Of a stretch of 37,455 nucleotides of DNA, positions 1 through 9,399 are shown piece after piece. Source of the DNA: a virus. The stretch lies in UHGV virus genome UHGV-0248180; one strand, written 5' to 3'. The position numbers were made by a program, and so were the translations under genes. Numbering within the stretch: the stretch's first letter is position 1; the number at the start of each line of letters is the position of its first letter. The notes beneath the pieces are model-generated. The model ran no database searches. It worked only from the letters and a program-made list of their open reading frames with translations, and was not told where the DNA came from.

Positions 1-93
1 AGGACCGATAACTTTAATATCATTCACTGTACGACCAAAATCTTCTGAAACACATTTCATAAAGAAGTTGAACAGTTCGCCGTAATTATCCAT
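1..93 (-). repeat. Left arm of a perfect inverted repeat; exact reverse complement of 137..229 (first 31 codons of the downstream ORF), truncated by the window edge
   Basis: Manual reverse-complement of 137..229 matches 1..93 base for base; 43-nt spacer at 94..136. Confidence 0.8.
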
Positions 94-136
94 TCAACTA
101 TCAACTACTGATACAGAAAACAACTTGGAGAATGAA

Positions 137-400
137 ATGGATAATTACGGCGAACTGTTCAACTTCTTTATGAAATGTGTTTCAGAAGATTTTGGTCGTA
201 CAGTGAATGATATTAAAGTTATCGGTCCTGACCATCCGATGTTTGAAACTTATGCAGTAATGGGTAATGAAGACGGTCAGTGGTATACTGTAAAGGTTGT
301 GATTAACATGTTCACTGCTGAAGGTTATGTTAAACTGTCTTCTAAAGTTTACCATGATAACGATGAAATCGCAGAAGAATATTTCAATAATATGAAATAA
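137..400 (+). CDS. hypothetical protein (87 aa)
   Basis: ORF with GGAG Shine-Dalgarno at 127-130; ORF-track start at 125 is a TTG, first ATG is 137. Confidence 0.5.
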   Translation: MDNYGELFNFFMKCVSEDFGRTVNDIKVIGPDHPMFETYAVMGNEDGQWYTVKVVINMFTAEGYVKLSSKVYHDNDEIAEEYFNNMK

Positions 401-469
401 TTGTGTACAAACACCAAGGACGGTGTTATTATAGACTTATCAAAACAAATACAGAAAACGGAGAAATAA

Positions 470-646
470 ATGACTACTTTAATTATTTGGTTTGACGAAA
501 ATGAAGAAACATACTGCGTGAACATTGGCGAAAGCCCAATGCCAGAATTTGAATCTTCAGATAAAAACTCGGTTGTATCTTGGGCTGAAGGTTATAAAGC
601 AGCAAAAGGCGATGTTGAAATAGTTTACAAACTATCCGGAGTATAA
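470..646 (+). CDS. hypothetical small protein (58 aa)
   Basis: ORF below track cutoff, GGAG RBS at 461-464 and ATG at 470. Confidence 0.4.
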   Translation: MTTLIIWFDENEETYCVNIGESPMPEFESSDKNSVVSWAEGYKAAKGDVEIVYKLSGV

Positions 647-689
647 TACTCTCGTGGATTTTAAATCTTAATTAACCTAAGGAAATACT

Positions 690-1283
690 ATGAACACACT
701 GAAGAAAATTGTTGAGTTTATTCGCACTAAACTTGGTTCTGCTATGGCTAAAAATCTATCTATTGAAGAGCAGTATACCGCTGCGGCAGCAAAACTACTT
801 GATAAGATTAAAGACCTAAAAACTGCTTCCGTTAAATCTATTAATGAAGAAAAACGTATTCGTGAACTTATTGTCGAAAAGAATCGACAAGCCGAATCAA
901 AAGAGCGCGAAATTCGCAAGCTTCTTTCCGAAGGTCAAGATGTAACAATGCATGCTAAACTTGGTTTACTATATCGTCGAACAGCTGAGCAGTTGACTAC
1001 TAAAGCTGATGGTTATGCTGAAATGCGAATTGAAATCGCCAAGAAAGTAGTTGAGTTAGATGATGCTCGCCAAGAACTTGCAGTTAAATTGGAATATATC
1101 CGTGAAACTCGTGCTGCGAATGCCCTCGGAATTAGTACTGCTGATGATGTAGTTGAAATTGCAGCACTGACTAAGGTTGATATTGAAGATACTCTTGCTC
1201 GAGTTGAAACCTTTAATGGCAATATTTCTGGGGTTGAAACTACCTCTGCCGATGTTCAGGAATACATTAATTCTCTGAAATAA
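690..1283 (+). CDS. hypothetical protein, predicted alpha-helical/coiled-coil (197 aa)
   Basis: ORF with AAGGAAA RBS; charged heptad-like sequence; followed by hairpin terminator. Confidence 0.6.
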   Translation: MNTLKKIVEFIRTKLGSAMAKNLSIEEQYTAAAAKLLDKIKDLKTASVKSINEEKRIRELIVEKNRQAESKEREIRKLLSEGQDVTMHAKLGLLYRRTAEQLTTKADGYAEMRIEIAKKVVELDDARQELAVKLEYIRETRAANALGISTADDVVEIAALTKVDIEDTLARVETFNGNISGVETTSADVQEYINSLK

Positions 1284-1289
1284 TGATAA

Positions 1290-1311
1290 GGGGCTTCGGC
1301 CCCTATTACTT
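1290..1311 (+). terminator. UUCG-tetraloop hairpin (GGGGC-TTCG-GCCCC) followed by T-rich tract
   Basis: Stem-loop read directly from sequence. Confidence 0.6.
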
Positions 1312-1324
1312 GGAGTAAATAGGA

Positions 1325-1930
1325 ATGAAAATGCAAAGTGATTTCAATTCAATGTTTGAAGAGTTCCAAAGACAGGTTGATGTTCCAGATCAATTACTAA
1401 ATGCTCTTAAACGTATGGCAGAAGGACGTAATTACTATTGGGGGTCTTCATATGAAACTGATGAAAGTCTTTCTGGATTTTATAAAGGTAAAAAGTCTTT
1501 AATACGTCCTGGAATACTCATTAAAAGCATTGAATCAATTCATTCATTGACGTGTGATTTTGATGTTGAATTTACTGATTTCATTTCTCCTGAATGGACA
1601 GTTTGTTATTTAAACGACGATTATGATTATCTTGGCGTTTATAGTTTAAGTGACGCATGGTTTAAACGTAATTTACAAAAGTCAAATTTATTTTATATTG
1701 ATACTACGGTAAAATTTCAGGGAAAGAAATATTTCTTTACTCTTATAGTTGATTCTGAAACGAAGCATGAAAATAAACGTATTCTTAGTAAAAAGAATAT
1801 CTTAACTATTGTTGATGATCTTTTTGATAAATTCGTGGAAAATCCCAATTTTGAAAGCGATTTATTACTAGAAAAATTTGTGAAGGAATGCAGAGAATAT
1901 GTCAAAGCCATCAATGTATCTTCCAAGTAA
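1325..1930 (+). CDS. hypothetical protein (201 aa), C-terminal FVKECR tail motif
   Basis: ORF with GGAG RBS at 1312-1315. Confidence 0.6.
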   Translation: MKMQSDFNSMFEEFQRQVDVPDQLLNALKRMAEGRNYYWGSSYETDESLSGFYKGKKSLIRPGILIKSIESIHSLTCDFDVEFTDFISPEWTVCYLNDDYDYLGVYSLSDAWFKRNLQKSNLFYIDTTVKFQGKKYFFTLIVDSETKHENKRILSKKNILTIVDDLFDKFVENPNFESDLLLEKFVKECREYVKAINVSSK

Positions 1931-2291
1931 ACCCTTAAAGTATGAATTAAAGCGTCAGATAATTTCTACTGATGTATTAATAGGTCCTGTTATACTCATA
2001 TCATTTGTAATTCTATTGATTATTGGAGGTGTTTTAGATGTTATGACTGATATTGATTCTGGCGAAATACTTGTATTAATGCTAATTCTTCCATTAATAG
2101 TTCCACTTTTATTAGTACCTGTAAATTGGGTAGGATACTGGTATCAAGGAAGACATTATCGTAAACGCGTACGTGATTGGAAAGCACAGTGTGAAAAGAT
2201 TAAAAAGGAACACCAGCTTAAACTTGCTGCGTATGAATTTGATGAAATTATGAAATTTGTTAAGGAATCACGATGCAAAAGCCAAAACTAA
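1899..2291 (+). CDS. hypothetical membrane protein (130 aa), two predicted TM helices, C-terminal FVKESRCK motif
   Basis: ORF; hydrophobic segments; start uncertain (overlaps upstream gene by 32 nt). Confidence 0.5.
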   Translation: MSKPSMYLPSKPLKYELKRQIISTDVLIGPVILISFVILLIIGGVLDVMTDIDSGEILVLMLILPLIVPLLLVPVNWVGYWYQGRHYRKRVRDWKAQCEKIKKEHQLKLAAYEFDEIMKFVKESRCKSQN

Positions 2292-2647
2292 ATAAAGTCA
2301 AATATTCGCTTCCTGAGTCATTTTTAATTTTTGCTGTGGCGTTGGCTGCAGCTCTTGCTGGTAGTCTTATTGGATTAATGATTGATTGTATTATTTTAAA
2401 CATCCGCAGTAATGTCAGCGGTATAGTAGATATAATAGAAGTTTGGAGTGAACTTCATTATACTATAGCGATTTCATTATTTTCATTCTTTGGTATTATT
2501 TTATATTTTCATTATGATAATTTTAAAATAAATTGGCAAAGAAAAAAGGATTACAAAATACAATTAAAAGAATATAATAACTACATGTCTTATATTGAAA
2601 ATGAATCAATGAAAGAATTCGTGAATGATTGTAGGAAAATCAAATGA
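2273..2647 (+). CDS. hypothetical membrane protein (124 aa), C-terminal FVNDCRK motif
   Basis: ORF; hydrophobic segments; paralogous tail shared with neighbours. Confidence 0.55.
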   Translation: MQKPKLNKVKYSLPESFLIFAVALAAALAGSLIGLMIDCIILNIRSNVSGIVDIIEVWSELHYTIAISLFSFFGIILYFHYDNFKINWQRKKDYKIQLKEYNNYMSYIENESMKEFVNDCRKIK

Positions 2648-3128
2648 TTTTAAAAACTCGCTGGTATGATTTAGATGATGGGGATGATGGCATTTCAGTT
2701 GATAGAGTTGACTGGAATGGCTGTTCCGAAGATATGAAAAATTTGCTGATTAGGGAGTTTAGAATGGGATATCAACCAGTTAAGCCATCTACTGCAACAG
2801 ATGATAAATTCGTGTGTATTCATAATGGTCGCGCTAAATTAACGAACACTGATTGGTTCACAGATAAGATTATGATTCTGTGGTATATTATTAGTTTTCC
2901 TGTGACATCATTTATATTTTGCTTCTTTGGAGAAAGTCCAGTAGACAGAACGGGAGATTGGATTATTTTAACCATACTTGTTAATATTTTTACAGCAGCA
3001 ATATTATCTGGGATATGGTACACGTTCATTGAAATGCCATGGCGTTTACGCAGACAGCAAAAGATTTATGATGAAAAGAAATATGCTCAAAATTTAAATA
3101 GCTTTATCACTGAATGCAGGAAATTAAA

Positions 3129-3132
<4 letters not shown>
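2644..3132 (+). CDS. hypothetical membrane protein (162 aa), C-terminal ITECRK motif
   Basis: ORF; ATGA overlap with upstream gene; hydrophobic segments. Confidence 0.55.
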
Positions 3133-4101
<969 letters not shown>

Positions 4102-4105
4102 AGTT

Positions 4106-4135
4106 GTTTACTTTCTCCTAAAACTGTGATAGTAT
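4106..4135 (+). promoter_or_regulatory. T4 early-type promoter (GTTTAC-N18-TGaTAGTAT)
   Basis: -35-like GTTTAC 4106-4111, extended -10 TGn + TAGTAT 4127-4135. Confidence 0.55.
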
Positions 4136-4172
4136 ATTCACAGTTACTAATTAAAATATTTAAAGGAAACAC

Positions 4173-4490
4173 ATGAAAACGTATAAAGAATTTATTGCAG
4201 AATCTGCTGCAGGACAACGTGTAGAAGGCGGTTATATCTGGATTGAACAAGTTGAGCCGCCAAGTCGCACTTCTACAGGTAAATGGAAAATCACTGTTGA
4301 TGGTCCTGGTGGTAAACGTAGGACTCTTAAAGAAATTAACGGGTACTATGAAGAAGCTCTTTCTGACGCGGGTACTTATATGATGCAAATCATGATTAAA
4401 AACCCAGAAAATCGTTTTGCGGCTAGAGTTTTCCGCCGTATTGGAAATAAGCTTTATGATGCATATTCTAAAAACTTCCCTAAAGAATAA
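4173..4490 (+). CDS. Capsid-targeted internal protein (105 aa) with N-terminal CTS MKTYKEFIAE
   Basis: N-terminal capsid targeting sequence typical of T-even internal proteins; located in the ip locus next to e. Confidence 0.75.
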   Translation: MKTYKEFIAESAAGQRVEGGYIWIEQVEPPSRTSTGKWKITVDGPGGKRRTLKEINGYYEEALSDAGTYMMQIMIKNPENRFAARVFRRIGNKLYDAYSKNFPKE

Positions 4491-4506
4491 AAATTAAAGG
4501 ATACAC

Positions 4507-4980
4507 ATGAAAACATATCAAGAATTTATTACTGAAGCAGCTATTAATTCTCAAATTATTGCTGAATCTTTTACTGATCTTTTGAAATTTAAAAAAGGAC
4601 AGAAAATCACTGCTGTATTGGATGACGGTACAGAAGTTGAGATGGATGTACAAGGATATAATTATGCAGTAGATGGAAAACTGTATAATAAATCTCATGC
4701 TAAATTTGATTCATTTGACGACTTTGTTAATACAGTTGAAGATGAAAAAACTCGTAGATCCATTGCAACGGGTGATGCTAAGGTTCTTATGGCACATGGC
4801 CATGAACGCATTCGCGCTAAGCAGAATAAAATGGGTGAAGATAATTTTGCATTAGTTGGTTATCAATCTGGTAAACAAACTTATGGTTATCAACGTACTG
4901 CTACCATGTATAACAAAAATGGTAAAATTGCCTTTGTGAATAGTAAAGGTTCTATTCAGTACGTCAAATCATTCAAATAA
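4507..4980 (+). CDS. Capsid-targeted internal protein (157 aa) with N-terminal CTS MKTYQEFITE
   Basis: CTS motif; leader and RBS nearly identical to the preceding ip gene. Confidence 0.75.
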   Translation: MKTYQEFITEAAINSQIIAESFTDLLKFKKGQKITAVLDDGTEVEMDVQGYNYAVDGKLYNKSHAKFDSFDDFVNTVEDEKTRRSIATGDAKVLMAHGHERIRAKQNKMGEDNFALVGYQSGKQTYGYQRTATMYNKNGKIAFVNSKGSIQYVKSFK

Positions 4981-5073
4981 TATGGGAACAACCTGGACCT
5001 TATGATTCTATAAGGGATTCCCGCCAACCTGTAATAAGGTCGAGCCTGAGTGCGGTAATGGGTAAATACAGAA

Positions 5074-5661
5074 ATGGACAATTCATGCGCCATGGAATGG
5101 CCCAAATTTAGAGAGAATAAAATGAGAACATTTTTAACTGGCCCGTATCTATCCCTGATGAATGCTTTTACACACCATTCTGATGCTAGAGTAGAAGAAA
5201 TTTGTAAAAACGAATATATCCCGCCATTTGAAGAATTACTTAAACAGTACTGCACACTTCGTATAGATGGTGGACGTCAATCCGGTAAATCAATTGCTGT
5301 GACTAACTTTGCTGCTAATTGGCTGTATGATGGCGGAACAGTTATTGTTCTTTCTAATACTTCAGCTTACGCTAAAATTTCTGCAAATAACATTAAAAAG
5401 GAATTTTCGCGTTATTCTAATGATGATATACGTTTTCGTTTATTTACTGATTCTGTGCGCAGTTTTATTGGTAATAAAGGAAGTAAGTTCAGAGGTTTAT
5501 CGCTTTCGCGAATTTTGTATATAATTGATGAGCCTGTCAAATCTCCTGATATGGATAAGATTTATAGCGTCCATATTGACACTGTACACTACTGCTGTAA
5601 TAGTAAATGTTGCATTGGTGGTATTACTCGTCCGCAGTTTTTCGTAATCGGAATGCAATGA
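5074..5661 (+). CDS. hypothetical P-loop NTPase-like protein (Walker A GGRQSGKS, Walker B-like ILYIIDEP)
   Basis: ORF; motifs read from translation; alternative start at ATG 5122; occupies the position where T4 carries denV. Confidence 0.55.
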   Translation: MDNSCAMEWPKFRENKMRTFLTGPYLSLMNAFTHHSDARVEEICKNEYIPPFEELLKQYCTLRIDGGRQSGKSIAVTNFAANWLYDGGTVIVLSNTSAYAKISANNIKKEFSRYSNDDIRFRLFTDSVRSFIGNKGSKFRGLSLSRILYIIDEPVKSPDMDKIYSVHIDTVHYCCNSKCCIGGITRPQFFVIGMQ

Positions 5662-5987
5662 TGACAGACACACAGCTTTTCGAATATCTTTATTTTTCGC
5701 CAAAAACTATTAAAAATAAATTGGTGAATCATTTTGAAATTTTGGCAAATAACAACATTTTGAGCGAATTTTATCCCAAGCAATACAAATTACAAAAAGG
5801 CGTATTCAAAGGATGCAGAGTTTTGTGTACTGCTCCTAACGCGCAGTTAATGAATAAAATTCCATATTTTACCATGGAATTTATTGATGGACCTTTTAAA
5901 GGACTAATCACCCAAAGTTTAATGGCATATGATTCTGAGCCATTTTTAATTAAAGAACAATCTTGGATAAATTTATTTTCTAATTGA
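5658..5987 (+). CDS. hypothetical protein (109 aa)
   Basis: ORF starting in an ATGATGA overlap with upstream stop. Confidence 0.5.
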   Translation: MMTDTQLFEYLYFSPKTIKNKLVNHFEILANNNILSEFYPKQYKLQKGVFKGCRVLCTAPNAQLMNKIPYFTMEFIDGPFKGLITQSLMAYDSEPFLIKEQSWINLFSN

Positions 5988-5994
5988 GGTTTAT

Positions 5995-6357
5995 ATGAAA
6001 GCATATCAAATTCTTGAAGGCACACATAAAGGTACTATTTATTTTGAAGATGGTATTCAAGCACGAATTATTGTCTCTAAAACCTTTAAAGAGGACTCTT
6101 TTGTAGACCCAGAAATTTTCTATGGTTTGCATGCCCGTGAAATTGAAATTGAGCAACAGCCTACAGTTAAAATTGAAGGTGGTCAACACCTGAACGTTAA
6201 CGTTCTGCGTCGCGAAACTCTGGAAGATGCAGTTAAGCATCCGGAAAAATATCCGCAGCTGACCATCCGTGTATCCGGTTATGCAGTTCGCTTTAACTCT
6301 CTGACTCCGGAACAGCAGCGCGACGTTATTGCTCGTACCTTTACTGAGAGTTTGTAA
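5995..6357 (+). CDS. Autonomous glycyl-radical cofactor, GrcA/YfiD-like (120 aa)
   Basis: C-terminal ~65 aa ([60 protein letters not shown]) match E. coli GrcA as I recall it, including glycyl-radical motif RVSGY; codon usage of that segment is host-like. Confidence 0.9.
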   Translation: MKAYQILEGTHKGTIYFEDGIQARIIVSKTFKEDSFVDPEIFYGLHAREIEIEQQPTVKIEGGQHLNVNVLRRETLEDAVKHPEKYPQLTIRVSGYAVRFNSLTPEQQRDVIARTFTESL

Positions 6358-6578
6358 TGGCAAAGATAATTATTGAAGGTTCTAAAGATGTGCTAAATGC
6401 TTTCGCCGAGTGGTTTAGTAATTCAGGCGAACAGCAATTTAATGAAGCGTGGAACATAGGTGATATTGATGGAATTTATCCTACGACAGAAATTTCTGTT
6501 CAGGGATATGGCATTCATGAACCTATTCGTTTAGTTGAATATGATTTATGTACTGGTGAGGAAGTCAAATATGATTGA
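6357..6578 (+). CDS. hypothetical protein (73 aa)
   Basis: ORF, TAATG overlap with upstream gene. Confidence 0.45.
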   Translation: MAKIIIEGSKDVLNAFAEWFSNSGEQQFNEAWNIGDIDGIYPTTEISVQGYGIHEPIRLVEYDLCTGEEVKYD

Positions 6579-6837
6579 AGATATTAAGGGTTATAAACCA
6601 CATACTGAAGAGAAAATCGGTAAAGTGAATGCTATTAAAGACGCTGAAGTTCGTTTAGGACTTATCTTTGACGCTTTATACGATGAATTCTGGGAAGCAC
6701 TAGATAATTGTGAAGATGATGAACTCGCGAAGAATTATGCTGAAAGCCTCGATCAGTTAACTATTGCTAAAACGAAACTCAAAGAAGCCAGTATGTGGGC
6801 TTGTCGTGCAGTGTTCCAACCAGAGGAAAAATACTAA
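6571..6837 (+). CDS. hypothetical protein (88 aa)
   Basis: ORF with GAGGAA RBS before ATG 6571. Confidence 0.45.
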   Translation: MIEDIKGYKPHTEEKIGKVNAIKDAEVRLGLIFDALYDEFWEALDNCEDDELAKNYAESLDQLTIAKTKLKEASMWACRAVFQPEEKY

Positions 6838-7115
6838 TGGCTCAATTAAGTGCAGGGTTTGGTTATGAGTATTATACTGCACCTCGTCGTGTATCTGCCG
6901 CTCCTAAGAAAATTCAAAGTCTTGATGACTTCCAGGAAGTAGTCCGTAAAGCTTTTCAGGACTATGCACGTTATCTTAAAGAAGATTCACAGGACTGTCT
7001 CGAAGAAGATGAAATTGCTTACTATGAGCAGCGTCTTGAACAGCTTAAAAACTTACATGAGGTTCGTGCAGAAGTTTCAAAGTCTATGAATAAATTGATT
7101 AGATTTAAAGAATAA
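6837..7115 (+). CDS. hypothetical protein (92 aa)
   Basis: ORF, TAATG overlap. Confidence 0.5.
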   Translation: MAQLSAGFGYEYYTAPRRVSAAPKKIQSLDDFQEVVRKAFQDYARYLKEDSQDCLEEDEIAYYEQRLEQLKNLHEVRAEVSKSMNKLIRFKE

Positions 7116-7117
7116 CT

Positions 7118-7147
7118 GTTTACTTTTCCTCTTGACTGTGGTATAAT
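7118..7147 (+). promoter_or_regulatory. T4 early promoter upstream of regB (GTTTAC-N18-TGgTATAAT)
   Basis: GTTTAC 7118-7123; TG 7139-7140; TATAAT 7142-7147. Confidence 0.65.
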
Positions 7148-7174
7148 TTTTCTATCAGTTAAGAGGAGAATAAC

Positions 7175-7636
7175 ATGACTATCAATACAGAAGTTTTTAT
7201 CCGTCGAAATAAGCTTCGTCGTCACTTTGAGTCGGAGTTTCGTCAAATTAACAATGAGATTCGTGAGGCATCAAAAGCAGCAGGAGTCTCATCGTTTCAT
7301 CTAAAATATTCTCAGCATCTTCTTGATCGTGCAATTCAACGGGAGATTGATGAGACATATGTTTTTGAATTATTCCATAAAATAAAAGACCATGTTTTAG
7401 AAGTTAATGAATTCCTGAGTATGCCTCCACGTCCTGACATTGACGAGGATTTTATTGATGGGGTTGAATATCGTCCTGGGCGTTTGGAAATTACAGATGG
7501 AAATCTTTGGCTTGGATTTACGGTTTGTAAACCTAATGAGAAGTTCAAAAACCCGTCACTTCAATGTAGGATGGCAATTATCAACAGTCGTCGTTTACCA
7601 GGAAAGGCTTCTAAAGCAGTAATTAAAACTCAATGA
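7175..7636 (+). CDS. regB: RegB sequence-specific endoribonuclease (153 aa)
   Basis: Translation matches T4 RegB from memory; own Shine-Dalgarno contains the RegB target GGAG (7164-7167). Confidence 0.92.
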   Translation: MTINTEVFIRRNKLRRHFESEFRQINNEIREASKAAGVSSFHLKYSQHLLDRAIQREIDETYVFELFHKIKDHVLEVNEFLSMPPRPDIDEDFIDGVEYRPGRLEITDGNLWLGFTVCKPNEKFKNPSLQCRMAIINSRRLPGKASKAVIKTQ

Positions 7637-7643
7637 GGTAAGC

Positions 7644-8189
7644 ATGAGAAAAGCACTACTCGCTGGTCTATTGGCCATTTCAATGATGGCACATAGCTCC
7701 GAGCATACTTTCAGTAATGTCCAACTCGATAACATGCGTTACGCGTATCAATTCGGGGAACAATTTTCTAAGGATGGAAAATATAAAACACACAAAAATA
7801 TCCACAAGAGCGGATTAGGTCATATAATGGCTGCTATTTTATGGCAAGAAAGCTCTGGCGGAGTTAATTTAAAATCTAAACCAAAGCATCACGCCTATGG
7901 AATGTTCCAAAATTATTTGCCTACTATGCGAGCAAGAGTTAAGGAACTTGGTTATAATATGACCGATGCTGAAATAAAAAGAATGTTGAATAAACGGTCC
8001 AATTCAGCTTCCTGGGCGTACATTGAACTTTCTTATTGGTTAAATATACATAAGGGCGATATAAGAAAAGCAATATCCTCTTATAATTCGGGATGGAATG
8101 TTAAAGCAGGTTCTAAATATGCTTCTGAAGTCCTAGAAAAGGCTAATTACCTTAAAAATAATAAACTTTTGGAAATAGTAAATGACTAA
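7644..8189 (+). CDS. Secreted lytic transglycosylase-like protein (SLT domain), signal peptide
   Basis: N-terminal signal peptide; SLT motifs ES (ILWQESSGG), GMFQ (GLMQ-like), YNSG (AYNAG-like). Confidence 0.75.
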   Translation: MRKALLAGLLAISMMAHSSEHTFSNVQLDNMRYAYQFGEQFSKDGKYKTHKNIHKSGLGHIMAAILWQESSGGVNLKSKPKHHAYGMFQNYLPTMRARVKELGYNMTDAEIKRMLNKRSNSASWAYIELSYWLNIHKGDIRKAISSYNSGWNVKAGSKYASEVLEKANYLKNNKLLEIVND

Positions 8190-8523
8190 AATTTTGGTTT
8201 TATGTATAGGATTAATTTCATTTTCTGCGTTAGCAGATACATCATATACTGAAATTAGAGAATATGTAAACCGTACTGCAGCGGATTATTGCGGGAAAAA
8301 TAAAGCATGTCAAGCTGAATTTGCGCAGAAATTAATATATGCATATAAAGACGGAGAAAGAGATAAATCAAGCAGATACAAAAATGATACATTGTTAAAA
8401 CGATATGCTAAAAAGTGGAATACCTTAGAATGTTCAGTTGCGAAGGAGAAAGATAAAGCCGCTTGTCATTCAATGGTTGACCGTTTGGTAGATTCTTATA
8501 ATCGAGGATTGAGTACTAGATGA
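8182..8523 (+). CDS. vs: hypothetical protein with N-terminal signal-like segment; positional candidate for vs (valyl-tRNA synthetase modifier)
   Basis: Synteny (regB - vs.1 - vs in T4) and size only; sequence identity not verified. Confidence 0.45.
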   Translation: MTKILVLCIGLISFSALADTSYTEIREYVNRTAADYCGKNKACQAEFAQKLIYAYKDGERDKSSRYKNDTLLKRYAKKWNTLECSVAKEKDKAACHSMVDRLVDSYNRGLSTR

Positions 8524-8987
8524 TTGTAAAATATATCAAGGGCGATATTGTCGCCCTTTTCGCTGAAGGTAAAAATATTGCGCATGGATGCAATTGTTTT
8601 CATACTATGGGTTCAGGCGTAGCGGGTCAATTAACCAAAGCTTTCCCTAAAATTTTGGAAGCTGATAAATTACAGACTGAATGGGGTGATGTAACTAAAC
8701 TCGGTTCTTACTCAGTCTATGAAAAATACTTTAGGACTCATAAAGCGTATTGCTTCAACCTTTATACTCAATTTCAACCAGGGCCAAATTTTGAGTATTC
8801 CGCTTTAATGAATTGTATGTTAGAATTAAATGAGTTTGGTGAAAATAAACTGATTAAACCTACAATCTATATGCCTAGGATTGGTGCAGGCATAGGTAAA
8901 GGGAACTGGGATATTATTGAGGGGATTTTAGATACATATTCCTCTAAATTAGAAATTGTGATTGTTGATTGGGAACCGTTATTATGA
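8520..8987 (+). CDS. Macro-domain protein (putative ADP-ribose binding/hydrolase)
   Basis: Motifs HGCNCFHTMGSGVAGQ and PRIGAGIGKGNW resemble macro-domain diphosphate-binding loops (NAAN..GGGV and GIGTGIYG). Confidence 0.7.
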   Translation: MIVKYIKGDIVALFAEGKNIAHGCNCFHTMGSGVAGQLTKAFPKILEADKLQTEWGDVTKLGSYSVYEKYFRTHKAYCFNLYTQFQPGPNFEYSALMNCMLELNEFGENKLIKPTIYMPRIGAGIGKGNWDIIEGILDTYSSKLEIVIVDWEPLL

Positions 8988-9196
8988 ATATACATTATCC
9001 ACATCCGTATGACCCAAAGAATAAGGCAGTAATTATTCGTCAATGGGAACGCATTTGCCGTACTAAATGTCCAATTAATAGTCCACATGATGTAGATAAA
9101 GACTACATTGGAACATTCGTTGAATATACCTTTATTGATAAGAAAGGTCGTAAACAGCATGTAGAAGAATACTGCTTAAAGGTGACATGGTTATGA
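8984..9196 (+). CDS. hypothetical protein (70 aa)
   Basis: ORF, ATGA overlap with upstream stop. Confidence 0.45.
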   Translation: MNIHYPHPYDPKNKAVIIRQWERICRTKCPINSPHDVDKDYIGTFVEYTFIDKKGRKQHVEEYCLKVTWL

Positions 9197-9399
9197 GCCA
9201 AACTAGTATTCTTAAAAATGCCCACTGTGAAAAGTGTAAATGGCCGGTTGTTTTTGCTTTATGCAACGATGAAATGGCTTGTGATTTCGATTATTGGTGC
9301 TATTGTTCTAATAAAGGATGCATCAATCATAAAGGTGAAGGATTTTATTCGGGATTTTATCCTTATCCAGATTTCGTTAAAGAAGGTAAACCGAAATGA
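9193..9399 (+). CDS. hypothetical Cys/His-rich small protein (possible zinc-binding)
   Basis: ORF; multiple Cys/His (CEKCKW..CNDEMACDFDYWCYCSNKGCINH). Confidence 0.45.
   Translation: MSQTSILKNAHCEKCKWPVVFALCNDEMACDFDYWCYCSNKGCINHKGEGFYSGFYPYPDFVKEGKPK

Noticed and set aside
5980-6363. 127-aa minus-strand ORF antisense to the GrcA-like gene
   Set aside because: Shadow ORF opposite a gene with a recognised product.
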